The notes beneath the pieces are model-generated. The model saw only the letters and a program-made list of their open reading frames with translations. It had not been told where the DNA came from and did no database searches. This document shows positions 1 through 9,791 of a stretch of 39,525 bases of DNA, piece after piece. The stretch's first letter is position 1. Each line of letters begins with the position of its first letter. The stretch spans positions 1 to 39,525 of the forward strand of contig JBAQWP010000095.1 in the NCBI GenBank assembly GCA_049298975.1, given 5' to 3'. Both the position numbers and the translations under genes were made by a program. The stretch comes from Minisyncoccia bacterium. Its GTDB lineage: Bacteria > Patescibacteriota > Minisyncoccia > Phycocordibacterales > DATDWN01.

Positions 1-237
1 GTTTATATCTGGATATTCAACCTTAGGAATAATAGTTTCACTAATTTTTTTGATAGTATATCCATTGTTTTCTAAAGACAGAAAATCATCTTTAGATTGT
101 TCTGTACTTGATGCCAAATTATCCTCGACAGGAACAGTAGCCTGCTCTGTCTTTTTATCCAACAAAAAATATGTGGTAATAATCAGGATAATTGGTAAAA
201 GTATGTATAAATATTTCTTGTTAATTGATCCTTGCAT
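1..237 (-). CDS. Hypothetical membrane-anchored protein, N-terminal part only (gene runs off the left edge)
   Basis: Not in the ORF track. Hand translation of the minus strand from ATG at 237..235 gives 79 stop-free codons (MQGSINKKYLYILLPIILIITTYFLLDKK...) with an N-terminal hydrophobic helix. The + ORF 50..328 looks like its shadow. Confidence 0.45.
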   Translation of the reverse strand, partial: MQGSINKKYLYILLPIILIITTYFLLDKKTEQATVPVEDNLASSTEQSKDDFLSLENNGYTIKKISETIIPKVEYPDIN

Positions 238-266
238 AATACAAGATCATATCATATTTGTAGACA

Positions 267-296
267 ACAAAAAACCACCCAAAGGTGGTTTTTTGT
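267..296 (-). terminator. Intrinsic terminator after the giant surface-protein gene (bidirectional shape)
   Basis: Hairpin aaccacc-caaa-ggtggtt (273..290) flanked by an A-run and a T-run, about 40 nt past the stop at 337. Confidence 0.75.
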
Positions 297-336
297 TTAG
301 CTTAACACTAACCGAATTTGTTTGGTAATCGCTAGA

Positions 337-3300
337 TTACTTAGACAATACTTCAGCTGACATGTTAGCTGCTGGCAATCCTGACAAACCAAATCCGTTT
401 GTCCAGTCGTTAGATGCATATACCGATGTGGTTGTTGCATTTGGTGACCAGATAAAGTCATTGTTTGAATCATTGTTGATTGTCAGACCGTTACCCATAA
501 AGCCTGAAAGGCTAGGATAAGCAGCGTCTCCCTGAAGTTGTGCCTGAACAGAAGCTCCTGTTGTAGCACCAGCAATTGTTCCAACAACTTCAAAGTATCG
601 TGTAAAGCCAGCCGGAATCTGAATCGTTGTAGATGCAGAGCCAGATGTCTGAGCAAATATCTCTAGATCAGTTGCAGATGATGCCCATGTAGCTCCAGTA
701 AGAGCTGTAGCAAGCATTGAACCATCAGATGTCAATCCAGAAACTGGTGATGAGAAATCTGAATTAGTAAATGCTCTTATGTTTATACCAGATACTGTAG
801 CTGTTGTTGTAGCCAATCTAACTGTGAACTTGTAGATACCTACATCACCCTTAGAGTTAGCGGTAACAGAGAATCTTAGAAGTTTCTGTTCACCGTTGTT
901 CAATGTGTTTGTAGGAACTGCAAGTTTAGCAAATGTTGGGAATGACTTGAATAGTCTAACTCCTGACACTGCTGTTGAAGCACTTGATCCAGCTGTAGCA
1001 AGGTTGACTGTACTACCAGAACCAACGCCTGTACCTTCTGTACCTGTTAAATCAGATGCATTTACATCTATTGCAATCAGGTGACCTTGTGTAGCTGGAG
1101 AACCAGCTCCTGTACCTTCAATTTTAGCAAATTCTGCTTTAACTGTAAGTACTTTGGCTTGGTCCTTTGTTAGAACTACTGGTGAACTGAATGTAGATGT
1201 AGCTACAGTATTTGCACCTGTAAATACAGCTGATCCAACCAATGTTCCGCCATCCCAAATTGTTACTTCAACCAAATCTGAAGCTGAAGATGAAGCTGTG
1301 TTTGTTAGCTTCAATCCAAGCTTGTTAAGGTTAATAGACTCATTTACAGCAACAATTCTGAATCTTCCAATCTCGTTTCCAGATGTATTTGCAGCACCTA
1401 CAGCGTATGAAGGTGATCCAGAATCAGTTGTGATTGTTAGATATCCAGAAGAAACTGTCATTGCTTGACCATTTGAAGCAGTAACTGTTTCTGTTACATC
1501 ATTTCCTGATGTAACACCTGTTACAGCGATAGATGGTGATGAATCAATACCCCACTGGAATACTGATGAACTATCTGAAGCAGACGAAGAATTACACTTC
1601 AATGCAAGAGTCTTAACTGTTCCCTTAGGAACTGTAAACTGTTGATCAAATGTAAATGTCGATGTAACTGCAGATGTAGTAGCAGTAGTTGAAGGATTAA
1701 CAACATTTGAACCAGTGTTCAATGCTGATGCACCATCAAACAACTGACATGAAGTCAATTTGCTTATTGCAGCAGCTGTTGCGTTGTTTGCACCGTCATA
1801 GTAAAGAGGTATAGATGCGAATCTTACATCCTCACCAGACTGTGAAGCATCAAGCTGATAATTAGCAAATGTAAATCCTTGACCACCAGCCACAATGTTC
1901 TGAGCAGAAGGAGTTGCAGAGACTGAGATAGCCAAAGAAGCTGCCTTAACTGTCATACTGTTCATAGTGAACAAACCATTTGTCAGTGTGATTGAATTTC
2001 CAGTTGTCTGACCTGTTATGTTTGTCCATTGTGATGAAGGTGTTGAAGAAAGTGTATACACTGTTCCATTTCCAATTCCTGAAGCAACCTTACCCTTAAT
2101 AGTGTAAGTTTTAACTCCTACTGGGAATGTAACTGTGTCAGTGAATGTAAGTGATGTTCCTGCGCCTGATGCGTCAACTGGACCAGCAACTACAGCACCA
2201 TTTTCATCAACGATTGACACGTTGGTCAAAAGACCAGTTCCAGAACCTGAAGATGAAGCGACTGTGAACACCATCTGTTGAACAGATATTGGTTCACCCT
2301 TTATGTCTGTCATGAAACCTCCAAGAATCTGATTAGGAACATTAGCTGCAATTGGTTGAGCGGCTACTGAAGTTGCCTTCTGAATAGTCGTAACTGAACC
2401 TGCAGAAACTGTTACCTTAGAACCATCGAAGAACGGAGTTCCTGATGTAAATTCTGATGTTGAATCAGAAGCTGTTCCATTTTGACTCTGAGTAGGTGTT
2501 ATGCCGTATCCATAAGTTACACCTGATAGGTAAATATCAGTTGCTTTATAGATATCGAACTTAACTGTTCTTCCTGCTGCACCTGTTCCAACGATATCAC
2601 CCTGTAGATATATATCCTTTGAGTTACCCTTGTCTATAAGAACACCTCCAGGAAATACTGCAGAGTAATACTTACCATCGGCAGAGATTGTTGTGTCATA
2701 AGCAGTTCCGTCAATGTAAATCTTTACATTGGCTAGATCTTGTGATGAAGCAGAACCAGTCTGATTCCATCGTACTGACCATAGTCTTACCTGCTCAGCT
2801 GAACCAGCTGTAACTCTAACTCCAGCATATTTGAAGTTAGTTGTTCCTATCTCTCTACTTGAAGAAGAGTCTGGATCAAAAGAAGACTCAGTCATAGATG
2901 CTGTTCCAAGTGTTAGAGAAGCATTGATTGTGTGATTTGCTCCTGAAACTGGAAGAGATCCTGAAACTGAAGATGATGTATTAACCGCAACAACATTTAG
3001 ACCTCCAACCTGACCAGCGTATGATGAAAGGCTTGAGTTCATGTTACCAGCGACTGTAACTGTTCTTGAAGTTCCAGCCTTAACAACGAATGGCTCGCCC
3101 ACCATTGCCTGGTGATTTGAGTTAAGTGTTTTTGCAATTCCAATCTGTGTTCCGTTTGAATCAAGAAGTACTACTCCAGCAAGAGTAGCATCCTGCATAA
3201 GTCCAACTCTCTCTACTGTTATAGAGTTAACTGTTACATCTGCAGCACCTGCTGTAAGTGTAACTGTTGTGAATGGAACTCTGGATGCACTTTGTGGTGC

Positions 3301-3867
3301 CAAAGAGTTAGCAGGTTGTGCTCCAGCTGAAACCATAAGGCTTCCTGCTGTAGGAACCACTACTCCTGTGCCAGTACCTGTACCTGTGCCTGTACCTGTG
3401 CCAGTCGAAGAGCACATAGTGTTAAGCTTTGCTCTTGTTATTGGACCAACATAACCTACTGCTGGTGTAATTCCATATTTATTTTGGAATTTAATAACAG
3501 CTGATTTTGTTAGTGCTCCGAAGTATGATGACTCACTACCTGGTGAACCAACTCCTGATGCTGCTATTCGAGTATCAGCACTCATGTTTAGAAGCTTTTG
3601 TAGGTTCATAACATCTGCGCCAGTACTACCCATTGTTAGGTTAGTGTTGAAAGTGTAGCAAGCCCCCATTGAAGGAATAGACGAGCTTCCACCTGTTGCA
3701 AGTTGAGACTGTAGAGATGCTATTGTCGCAAGGAGGCTGTTTATTTGAGCCTGTAAGTCTGCAGAAGTTTGTGCACCAGCAAGTGATGGTACAAACGCAG
3801 AGACTGCCATTGCGAATCCAACAACTCCAGCTGCAATTTTTGCAGTTTTTGATTTTGTTAAACTCAT
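337..3867 (-). CDS. Giant secreted cell-surface protein: signal peptide, coiled segment, peptidoglycan-binding-like domain, (TG)7 linker, then about 8 Ser/Thr/Ala/Val-rich beta-sandwich-like modules
   Basis: 1176-aa ORF. The N-terminus KIAAGVVGFAMAVSAFVPSLAGAQT looks like a signal peptide. GSTGADVMNLQKLLN...YFGALTKSAVIKFQNKYGI resembles the PG_binding_1 motif. Recurring modules have the pattern V.F..F.LTA...DV.V.S. Confidence 0.85.
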   Translation of the reverse strand: MSLTKSKTAKIAAGVVGFAMAVSAFVPSLAGAQTSADLQAQINSLLATIASLQSQLATGGSSSIPSMGACYTFNTNLTMGSTGADVMNLQKLLNMSADTRIAASGVGSPGSESSYFGALTKSAVIKFQNKYGITPAVGYVGPITRAKLNTMCSSTGTGTGTGTGTGTGVVVPTAGSLMVSAGAQPANSLAPQSASRVPFTTVTLTAGAADVTVNSITVERVGLMQDATLAGVVLLDSNGTQIGIAKTLNSNHQAMVGEPFVVKAGTSRTVTVAGNMNSSLSSYAGQVGGLNVVAVNTSSSVSGSLPVSGANHTINASLTLGTASMTESSFDPDSSSSREIGTTNFKYAGVRVTAGSAEQVRLWSVRWNQTGSASSQDLANVKIYIDGTAYDTTISADGKYYSAVFPGGVLIDKGNSKDIYLQGDIVGTGAAGRTVKFDIYKATDIYLSGVTYGYGITPTQSQNGTASDSTSEFTSGTPFFDGSKVTVSAGSVTTIQKATSVAAQPIAANVPNQILGGFMTDIKGEPISVQQMVFTVASSSGSGTGLLTNVSIVDENGAVVAGPVDASGAGTSLTFTDTVTFPVGVKTYTIKGKVASGIGNGTVYTLSSTPSSQWTNITGQTTGNSITLTNGLFTMNSMTVKAASLAISVSATPSAQNIVAGGQGFTFANYQLDASQSGEDVRFASIPLYYDGANNATAAAISKLTSCQLFDGASALNTGSNVVNPSTTATTSAVTSTFTFDQQFTVPKGTVKTLALKCNSSSASDSSSVFQWGIDSSPSIAVTGVTSGNDVTETVTASNGQAMTVSSGYLTITTDSGSPSYAVGAANTSGNEIGRFRIVAVNESINLNKLGLKLTNTASSSASDLVEVTIWDGGTLVGSAVFTGANTVATSTFSSPVVLTKDQAKVLTVKAEFAKIEGTGAGSPATQGHLIAIDVNASDLTGTEGTGVGSGSTVNLATAGSSASTAVSGVRLFKSFPTFAKLAVPTNTLNNGEQKLLRFSVTANSKGDVGIYKFTVRLATTTATVSGINIRAFTNSDFSSPVSGLTSDGSMLATALTGATWASSATDLEIFAQTSGSASTTIQIPAGFTRYFEVVGTIAGATTGASVQAQLQGDAAYPSLSGFMGNGLTINNDSNNDFIWSPNATTTSVYASNDWTNGFGLSGLPAANMSAEVLSK
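3364..3405 (-). repeat. Hexanucleotide tandem repeat encoding the (Thr-Gly)7 linker
   Basis: cctgtg ccagta cctgta cctgtg cctgta cctgtg ccagt on the + strand; protein SSTGTGTGTGTGTGTGVVV. Confidence 0.9.
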
Positions 3868-4420
3868 ATGTATTTTTTAATAAAATATTTCCATCCAATA
3901 ATTACTAATAAAGGTATTGAACGAAAATACTGAAAAACTATTAACCAACTTATAACATTTTGGTATGACTCGATTTCTCAAACCACACCACTCTTCTCTA
4001 AAATATTTATCTCATTTTTCCCTCACATCCATGTAAAGACACGGCCGAGAGTTTCGACACGAGACAAATAAATAGATGACGAATTTTAGACTGAGTTTCT
4101 GAATAATCTGAAAATATAAAAAGAAAAATTCTGATAGACGGTAATCCGGACTAAATCTATTTTTAGTCCTTCTGAAATCCATATTCTGTTTTCAAAAAAC
4201 GATCCGTTCTGAATGTCAGAGTTACACAGTACACGCATAGTGGTATAAACCGCCTATGCATGTTATGTATTATATACTCTGAACTGGCTCTGTTTCAAAC
4301 CACTTTGTGGATAACTGTGCTTTTTTTAGCCATATTTTCAGCATATTTGAGCAAAATTATCCGCGGTGGCATTATTTCAAAAGCCAATACGAAAGTCAAC
4401 CTTGACGAGACTATAGACGA

Positions 4421-5182
4421 CTACACTATAGAATACTTACTCCACCTCCTCTCCCCACTCCTTTTTATTAGACCAGCGGAAACCAGTGAGATTAGTTCTC
4501 TCTGGATTGTCTTTTCACTACAATTTTTAATGACATCAGAAACGTCCTTTATGGTTATTTCGCCCTTTTTCCTTATTATTGAAAGTATAATGTTTTGCCT
4601 ACTGTTTTTCTTAAATTCCGGTGATCCACCAATGGAAACTTCATTCCTTTTATGCTCCAAAATGTTGGTAATATGGCCATGTTTTGAGGAAGAATTCTCA
4701 CTTGGTGATTTCGACTGAGCCATATAACCCCCTACATTAAAATAACCCTCATTAATTGCATCCAGCTCAGAGGCTCCAGCATATGGCATTGGACTAGACT
4801 TTATGGTCCCGACAAGCTTAACAAACTCATCCTGAACAATAATAAAGTTCATTCTAGATATGAGTCCAACATTTAAGGAAATTTCTAGTAATGACACAAT
4901 CTCAATTACTCTGTTTTCAACATCCTTCTTAAAACCAACAAACTGGATTCCGTTTAAATCTTTGTAACCAATCATAAAAGACACCAAGTTAGCAGACTTA
5001 TCTCTCAAAGACCTTTTTAGGGGTTCATTGTCTGAAAAATGGTTGGTCATCAAATAAATTGCAGAGGCAATTTTTTCTGTCTTTTTTAGCAAAAAAACAA
5101 AAGGACTAGAGTCAGCCAAACTTGGCTTATTCCTTTGATTTTCCTGCGATGTGTCCTGGTTTGTCTTATAGTCTGATTCCAT
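4421..5182 (-). CDS. Putative transcriptional regulator with C-terminal winged-helix (DeoR-N-like) HTH
   Basis: 253-aa ORF. The C-terminus RQNIILSIIRKKGEITIKDVSDVIKNCSEKTIQRELISLVSAGLIKRSGERRWSKY has the wHTH pattern. The N-terminal domain is unassigned. Confidence 0.65.
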   Translation of the reverse strand: MESDYKTNQDTSQENQRNKPSLADSSPFVFLLKKTEKIASAIYLMTNHFSDNEPLKRSLRDKSANLVSFMIGYKDLNGIQFVGFKKDVENRVIEIVSLLEISLNVGLISRMNFIIVQDEFVKLVGTIKSSPMPYAGASELDAINEGYFNVGGYMAQSKSPSENSSSKHGHITNILEHKRNEVSIGGSPEFKKNSRQNIILSIIRKKGEITIKDVSDVIKNCSEKTIQRELISLVSAGLIKRSGERRWSKYSIV

Positions 5183-5386
5183 TGTTGTCCTTTTAATTTA
5201 GTCTCTTTTATTGGCCACTGCTGTCCTTAATTGTCTAATACAATACACTGTGTCCTTTATATTGTCAACAGGTCCATTATACTTCTTTAAAAGTCTCTAT
5301 TGCAAGTCCTTTATTCTGTTTTTCAACAATTTTGAGCTACTGTAAATAGTAATTGTATCTAATGGGAACTCTGATAAAATAGACAG

Positions 5387-7618
5387 ATGAGTAAAAAAGA
5401 TAAGCTTGGAGGTAGAAGAGGTCGCAAATCTGATGATTCTGATATTTTGGAAAAGTACTTAAGTGAGGAGACCATTAGAGCAATTTTTGCAGTCTTATTT
5501 TTTGTTTTAGGGGTTTTTTTAGTGCTGTCTTCTGGGCCAATAGCAAAGGGTGGTGTAGTGGGTCGAAGTGCATATTCAGCCTTAAATTTTTTGTTTGGGG
5601 TAGGATACTACATCCTCCCTGTTTTGTTTGTAATTCTTTCAGTCTCTTTCTTTCGATCCTTACATAAGAGGCTTGCACTAACCCATAGTGTTGGAGGTTT
5701 AATCTTCTTCATCTCATCTCTTGCACTAATAAGTATAGTTTCTATAGATAGCGGTGGTCTACTCGGAAACTACATATCAACACCTTTAATCTCGTTGTTT
5801 GATACGCCTGTTTCTGTAATTCTTTTAGTCGCGCTAGTAACCATATCTGTTTTAGTGATGTTTGATGCCCCACTTAAATTCACTTACTTAGGTAATTTAT
5901 TCAATTACTTGTTTAGAAAAAAGGAGGCCGAGGACGATGGGGCTCTAATCATATCTAACCCCCAAGCCATGTCTGTCGAAGAGAAGCCGAGAGATGCAAG
6001 CAAAGAAACTGAAAAGTATAGTGACTCGTCTAGCTTAGATAAAAAGACTAGCTCAAGTGAAAATAAAGATGAATTCGGCATAATGCCACTTTTACTAAAT
6101 GGTAAGGAGTTTACTCCCCCACCACTTTCTCTACTACAACAGGATCGAGGTAAACCAGGCGTGGGTGACATCAAAGCGAACTCAAACATTATCAAAAGAA
6201 CTTTGGCAAATTTCGGCATAAATGTAGAAATGGACGAAATATCTATCGGACCCTCCATAACTAGATACGCCTTGAAACCAGCTGAGGGTGTAAAACTCTC
6301 TAGGATAGTCGCCTTACAGAACGATCTATCACTAGCCTTAGCCGCACATCCAATCAGAATTGAGGCTCCGATCCCTGGCAAATCTCTGGTTGGTATTGAA
6401 ATACCAAATAGTACCAAAACTACTGTTGGTCTGGGTGGTCTTTTGGGTGCAACAGAGTTTCAAAACTCAGAAAAACCACTTTTGGTTTGTCTCGGTAAAG
6501 GCATTTCCGGCATGTCATATTTTAGTGACTTAGCTAAAGCTCCCCACATGCTCATTGCCGGAGCTACGGGTTCAGGAAAATCAGTTACTATTCATGCAAT
6601 TATTACTTCACTACTTTATAGAAATTCCCCTGACAATCTAAAGTTTATAATGATTGACCCGAAGAGAGTCGAGCTAACTCTGTATAATAAAATCCCCCAC
6701 CTTCTTACCCCAGTTATTACTGAGGCCAAAAAAACTATCTTGGCTCTAAAATGGGCAGCAAAGGAGATGGACAGAAGATACGATATCCTACAAGCAGAGG
6801 GGTTACAGAATATTTCTTCATACCACAAAAATATAGTTGAACCAGAATTGAAAAAACTTAAGGACAAAAAGTCTGCTGGTGAAGAAAAAAGGATTGAGAC
6901 AATGCCATATATTGTAATAGTGATTGATGAACTTGCAGATATTATGCAGGCGTACCCAAGAGAACTTGAATCAGGCATTGTCAGACTAGCACAGATGTCT
7001 AGAGCAGTTGGTCTACATCTTATACTCTCTACCCAAAGGCCGTCTGTAAACGTCATTACAGGCCTTATCAAGGCCAATGTACCGTCTAGAATAGCTCTAC
7101 AAGTAGCTTCTCAAATTGACTCAAGAACTATACTCGACATGGCTGGAGCAGAAAAACTTCTTGGTGCTGGAGATATGCTTTATCTAGGTGGCGAAATGAG
7201 CCAACCTCAAAGAATCCAGTCAGCTTTTATCTCCGAAAATGAAACAAAATCAATCGTAAAATACCTTGCAGAAGCATATGAAAGTGAAGTCCCGTCAGAA
7301 ATAAACCTCACTGGGGAGACAAGTGGACCAACAACAAAAAATACTATTTTTGATTCTGTAATTGAGGACGAAAAAATCGAAGATGAGGATGAAATGTATG
7401 AAGAAGCAAAGAAAACTGTTCTCGAAGCTGGTAAAGCATCTACTTCTTATCTGCAAAGAAAGCTTGGGGTCGGATACGCTCGCGCGGCAAGACTTATAGA
7501 TATGTTAGAAAATCGTGGGGTTGTTGGTCCAGGTTCTGGAGCAAAACCAAGAGAAATACTTGGGGGTGTTTCATCTGGAGAAAACTCTGAGGCTGAGACC
7601 CAAGTAGACAATGACTAG
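5387..7618 (+). CDS. ftsK: DNA translocase FtsK/SpoIIIE
   Basis: N-terminal TM helices, Walker A GATGSGKS, Walker B VIVIDELAD, and a C-terminal gamma wHTH (ASTSYLQRKLGVGYARAARLIDMLENRGVVG). Confidence 0.95.
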   Translation: MSKKDKLGGRRGRKSDDSDILEKYLSEETIRAIFAVLFFVLGVFLVLSSGPIAKGGVVGRSAYSALNFLFGVGYYILPVLFVILSVSFFRSLHKRLALTHSVGGLIFFISSLALISIVSIDSGGLLGNYISTPLISLFDTPVSVILLVALVTISVLVMFDAPLKFTYLGNLFNYLFRKKEAEDDGALIISNPQAMSVEEKPRDASKETEKYSDSSSLDKKTSSSENKDEFGIMPLLLNGKEFTPPPLSLLQQDRGKPGVGDIKANSNIIKRTLANFGINVEMDEISIGPSITRYALKPAEGVKLSRIVALQNDLSLALAAHPIRIEAPIPGKSLVGIEIPNSTKTTVGLGGLLGATEFQNSEKPLLVCLGKGISGMSYFSDLAKAPHMLIAGATGSGKSVTIHAIITSLLYRNSPDNLKFIMIDPKRVELTLYNKIPHLLTPVITEAKKTILALKWAAKEMDRRYDILQAEGLQNISSYHKNIVEPELKKLKDKKSAGEEKRIETMPYIVIVIDELADIMQAYPRELESGIVRLAQMSRAVGLHLILSTQRPSVNVITGLIKANVPSRIALQVASQIDSRTILDMAGAEKLLGAGDMLYLGGEMSQPQRIQSAFISENETKSIVKYLAEAYESEVPSEINLTGETSGPTTKNTIFDSVIEDEKIEDEDEMYEEAKKTVLEAGKASTSYLQRKLGVGYARAARLIDMLENRGVVGPGSGAKPREILGGVSSGENSEAETQVDND

Positions 7619-7964
7619 GTCCGGCAAAACAATACTTAAGTACGGATTGCTCGGCCTTCTAGGCCTGGTGATTGTTTCCTATTCTGTCTTTCAAGCTTGG
7701 AAAATAATAGAGGGTCCAGTGATAAGTATTTTAAGCCCAGAAAACGGTAGAACTTTTAACGAAACACTCATATCTATCGAAGGTCAGGCAAAAAATGTGT
7801 CGCATCTATACCTAAATGACAGACCTATTTATACAGATAAAAATGGCTACTTCAACGAGAAATTCCTCTTGTCTCCCGGCTACAACATAGTAAAACTAAA
7901 TGCGGTGGACAAATTCAGGAAATATACGGAAAAAAGACTCTACTTAGTTCTGAAAGATTACTAG
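7611..7964 (+). CDS. Small membrane-anchored hypothetical protein
   Basis: 117-aa ORF overlapping the ftsK stop by 8 nt. One N-terminal TM helix followed by a beta-rich domain. Confidence 0.6.
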   Translation: MTRSGKTILKYGLLGLLGLVIVSYSVFQAWKIIEGPVISILSPENGRTFNETLISIEGQAKNVSHLYLNDRPIYTDKNGYFNEKFLLSPGYNIVKLNAVDKFRKYTEKRLYLVLKDY

Positions 7965-8042
7965 GGCTATGTCAATTGCTTGAGAAAAAATAAAGAGTAG
8001 AATACGGGGCTAAGCAAGTTTTATTAATAAGAACAAATTAAC

Positions 8043-9116
8043 ATGAAGAAAAAAGAAAAAAAGCCTGAGAGAGTGCCAGTAGGCACAGAAAATGTTGAAA
8101 ATACATTGAGAGAAATCCGAACAAAATTCGGGGATGATTCTATAATGATGCTTGGAGACAAACCTCATGTAGACATTGATGCAATTTCTACTGGCTCAAT
8201 CGGACTGGATGCTGCACTCGGAGTGGGCGGACTACCTCGTGGAAGAATCATCGAAATTTTCGGTCCTGAATCTTCAGGTAAAACTACTCTTTCCCTTCAT
8301 GTAGTAGCTGAAGCTCAGAAAAAAGGCGGTATCTGCGCATTCATTGATGCAGAACATGCTATGGACCCTGAGTACGCAAAGCGTCTTGGAGTAAAAATCG
8401 ACCAGCTTCTTATTTCCCAACCAGACAATGGCGAGCAAGCACTAGAAATAGTAGATTCTCTCGTTCGTTCTGGAAAAATTGATGTTATTGTTATTGACTC
8501 TGTAGCTGCGCTCACTCCAAAAGATGAGATTGAAGGTGATATGGGAGCAACCCACGTCGGAAAACAAGCAAGGCTCATGTCTCAGGCCCTAAGAAAGCTT
8601 ACTGCTATCGTTGCTAAGTCAAAAACTATTGTAATTTTCTTAAACCAGATCCGAATGCAAATCGGAGTTATGTTTGGAAACCCGGAAACAACTCCCGGAG
8701 GAAAAGCATTGAAGTTCTACACTTCGGTCAGACTTGATATAAGGAGAATCGCGCAGATAAAGAAAGGTGAAGAAATTATGGGAGGTAGAATTCGAGTAAA
8801 AGTTGTAAAAAACAAAGTAGCCGCTCCGTTCAAACAAACTGAGTTTGACCTTATGTATAACGAGGGTATCTCAAGAGAGGGCGAACTTATTGCTCTTGGC
8901 GAGAAAATGGGTGTTATTTCCAAGACTGGCACTTCCTACTCATACGGTGAAGAGAAGCTAGGGCGAGGCTATGACGCGACACGACAATTCCTAAAGGATA
9001 AAGCAAACAAAAAAATTGCTGATTCAATATTGAAAGAAATAAGAGAAGGACTAAAGAAAAACGGCGGATCTGTTGTGGCTGTAAATGAGACAGAATCTTC
9101 CTCATCTGAAGAATAG
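8043..9116 (+). CDS. recA: Recombinase RecA
   Basis: Walker [10 protein letters not shown], the IDAEHA and [10 protein letters not shown] blocks, and the FLNQIR loop region; full-length RecA pattern. Confidence 0.97.
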   Translation: MKKKEKKPERVPVGTENVENTLREIRTKFGDDSIMMLGDKPHVDIDAISTGSIGLDAALGVGGLPRGRIIEIFGPESSGKTTLSLHVVAEAQKKGGICAFIDAEHAMDPEYAKRLGVKIDQLLISQPDNGEQALEIVDSLVRSGKIDVIVIDSVAALTPKDEIEGDMGATHVGKQARLMSQALRKLTAIVAKSKTIVIFLNQIRMQIGVMFGNPETTPGGKALKFYTSVRLDIRRIAQIKKGEEIMGGRIRVKVVKNKVAAPFKQTEFDLMYNEGISREGELIALGEKMGVISKTGTSYSYGEEKLGRGYDATRQFLKDKANKKIADSILKEIREGLKKNGGSVVAVNETESSSSEE

Positions 9117-9340
9117 AAGTTACTCGATTATTATTTCAAAAAGACCGCATAAACTCTGCTGAGTTTTGCTTATCTCGATGTTCTAAGAAAACAATATCCT
9201 CGATACGTAGCCCTTTCGCAAACTCGACTCCGCCTCAAACAGTGCTTCGGGCTAACTTTATCTTCGTCTTTGTTTTCTAAAACATCTGCGAAAGTCTTTT
9301 TGAAATAACAATCTCGCTCAGTTGTGAGAATTTTTGACAG

Positions 9341-9392
9341 CAGAAAACCGGCTCGAGCGCGAGACGGTTCTGCGTCTTCGGCGTCGGCCGGC
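9341..9392 (-). terminator. GC-rich compound hairpin plus U-run after the small high-GC ORF
   Basis: ccggc(9348..9352)/gccgg(9387..9391) outer stem and gagacg-gttctg-cgtctt inner stem, followed on the minus strand by tttt. Confidence 0.45.
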
Positions 9393-9395
9393 ACA

Positions 9396-9584
9396 TTACG
9401 CCTGCGCGATTACTTCTCTCTTGTCGTCTTCGACAGTGACATTGACGACCTCGGCCGATATGACACCACTTATCCTAACGAATGCATTGAGTAGCGCGGT
9501 CGTCGTCAAACTACGCACCACTTCTTTGGCATCATCGTCCTTTGTTGCAAACCGCACCGTAAACGACGCTTCGAATGTCTTCAT
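9396..9584 (-). CDS. Small (62 aa) high-GC orphan protein, unknown function
   Basis: ATG at 9584..9582 is preceded by aggagaattgccg (SD plus 7 nt). Protein MKTFEASFTVRFATKDDDAKEVVRSL...; composition differs strongly from the flanks. The track ORF extends to 9614 but lacks an RBS there. Confidence 0.55.
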   Translation of the reverse strand: MKTFEASFTVRFATKDDDAKEVVRSLTTTALLNAFVRISGVISAEVVNVTVEDDKREVIAQA

Positions 9585-9604
9585 CGGCAATTCTCCTGCC
9601 TCAT

Positions 9605-9633
9605 AAGGTAACATTCAATTTAAAAAGTGTCAA
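9605..9633 (-). promoter_or_regulatory. Candidate sigma70-type promoter for the small high-GC ORF
   Basis: Minus strand: TTGACA (9633..9628), 17 nt spacer, TACCTT (9610..9605). Confidence 0.35.
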
Positions 9634-9791
9634 GCCTAGTTTTTTTGGCTTAAATAGGCTATATTTTAGCCTTACTGAACGAACTTACTTATCCCGTTAG
9701 AAGTATCGGGAATTAGGAGTGGGTTTCGAATTATCAAATTAACTTACGTAGGTGACTAAACACGAAAGTATAGGTCTCTACTTCTAATGGG

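Noticed and set aside
50-328. The + strand ORF of 92 aa
   Set aside because: It runs through a terminator hairpin and is antisense to an open minus-strand frame that has a plausible TM-anchored N-terminus.
9170-9606. ORFs 9170..9394 (-) and 9334..9606 (+)
   Set aside because: The first spans AT-rich repeat debris and the terminator and has no RBS. The second is antisense to the better-supported 9396..9584 ORF.
9700-9740. Possible tRNA, because of a T-loop-like gggtttcgaatt
   Set aside because: No acceptor, D or anticodon stems can be drawn around it. It is not a cloverleaf.
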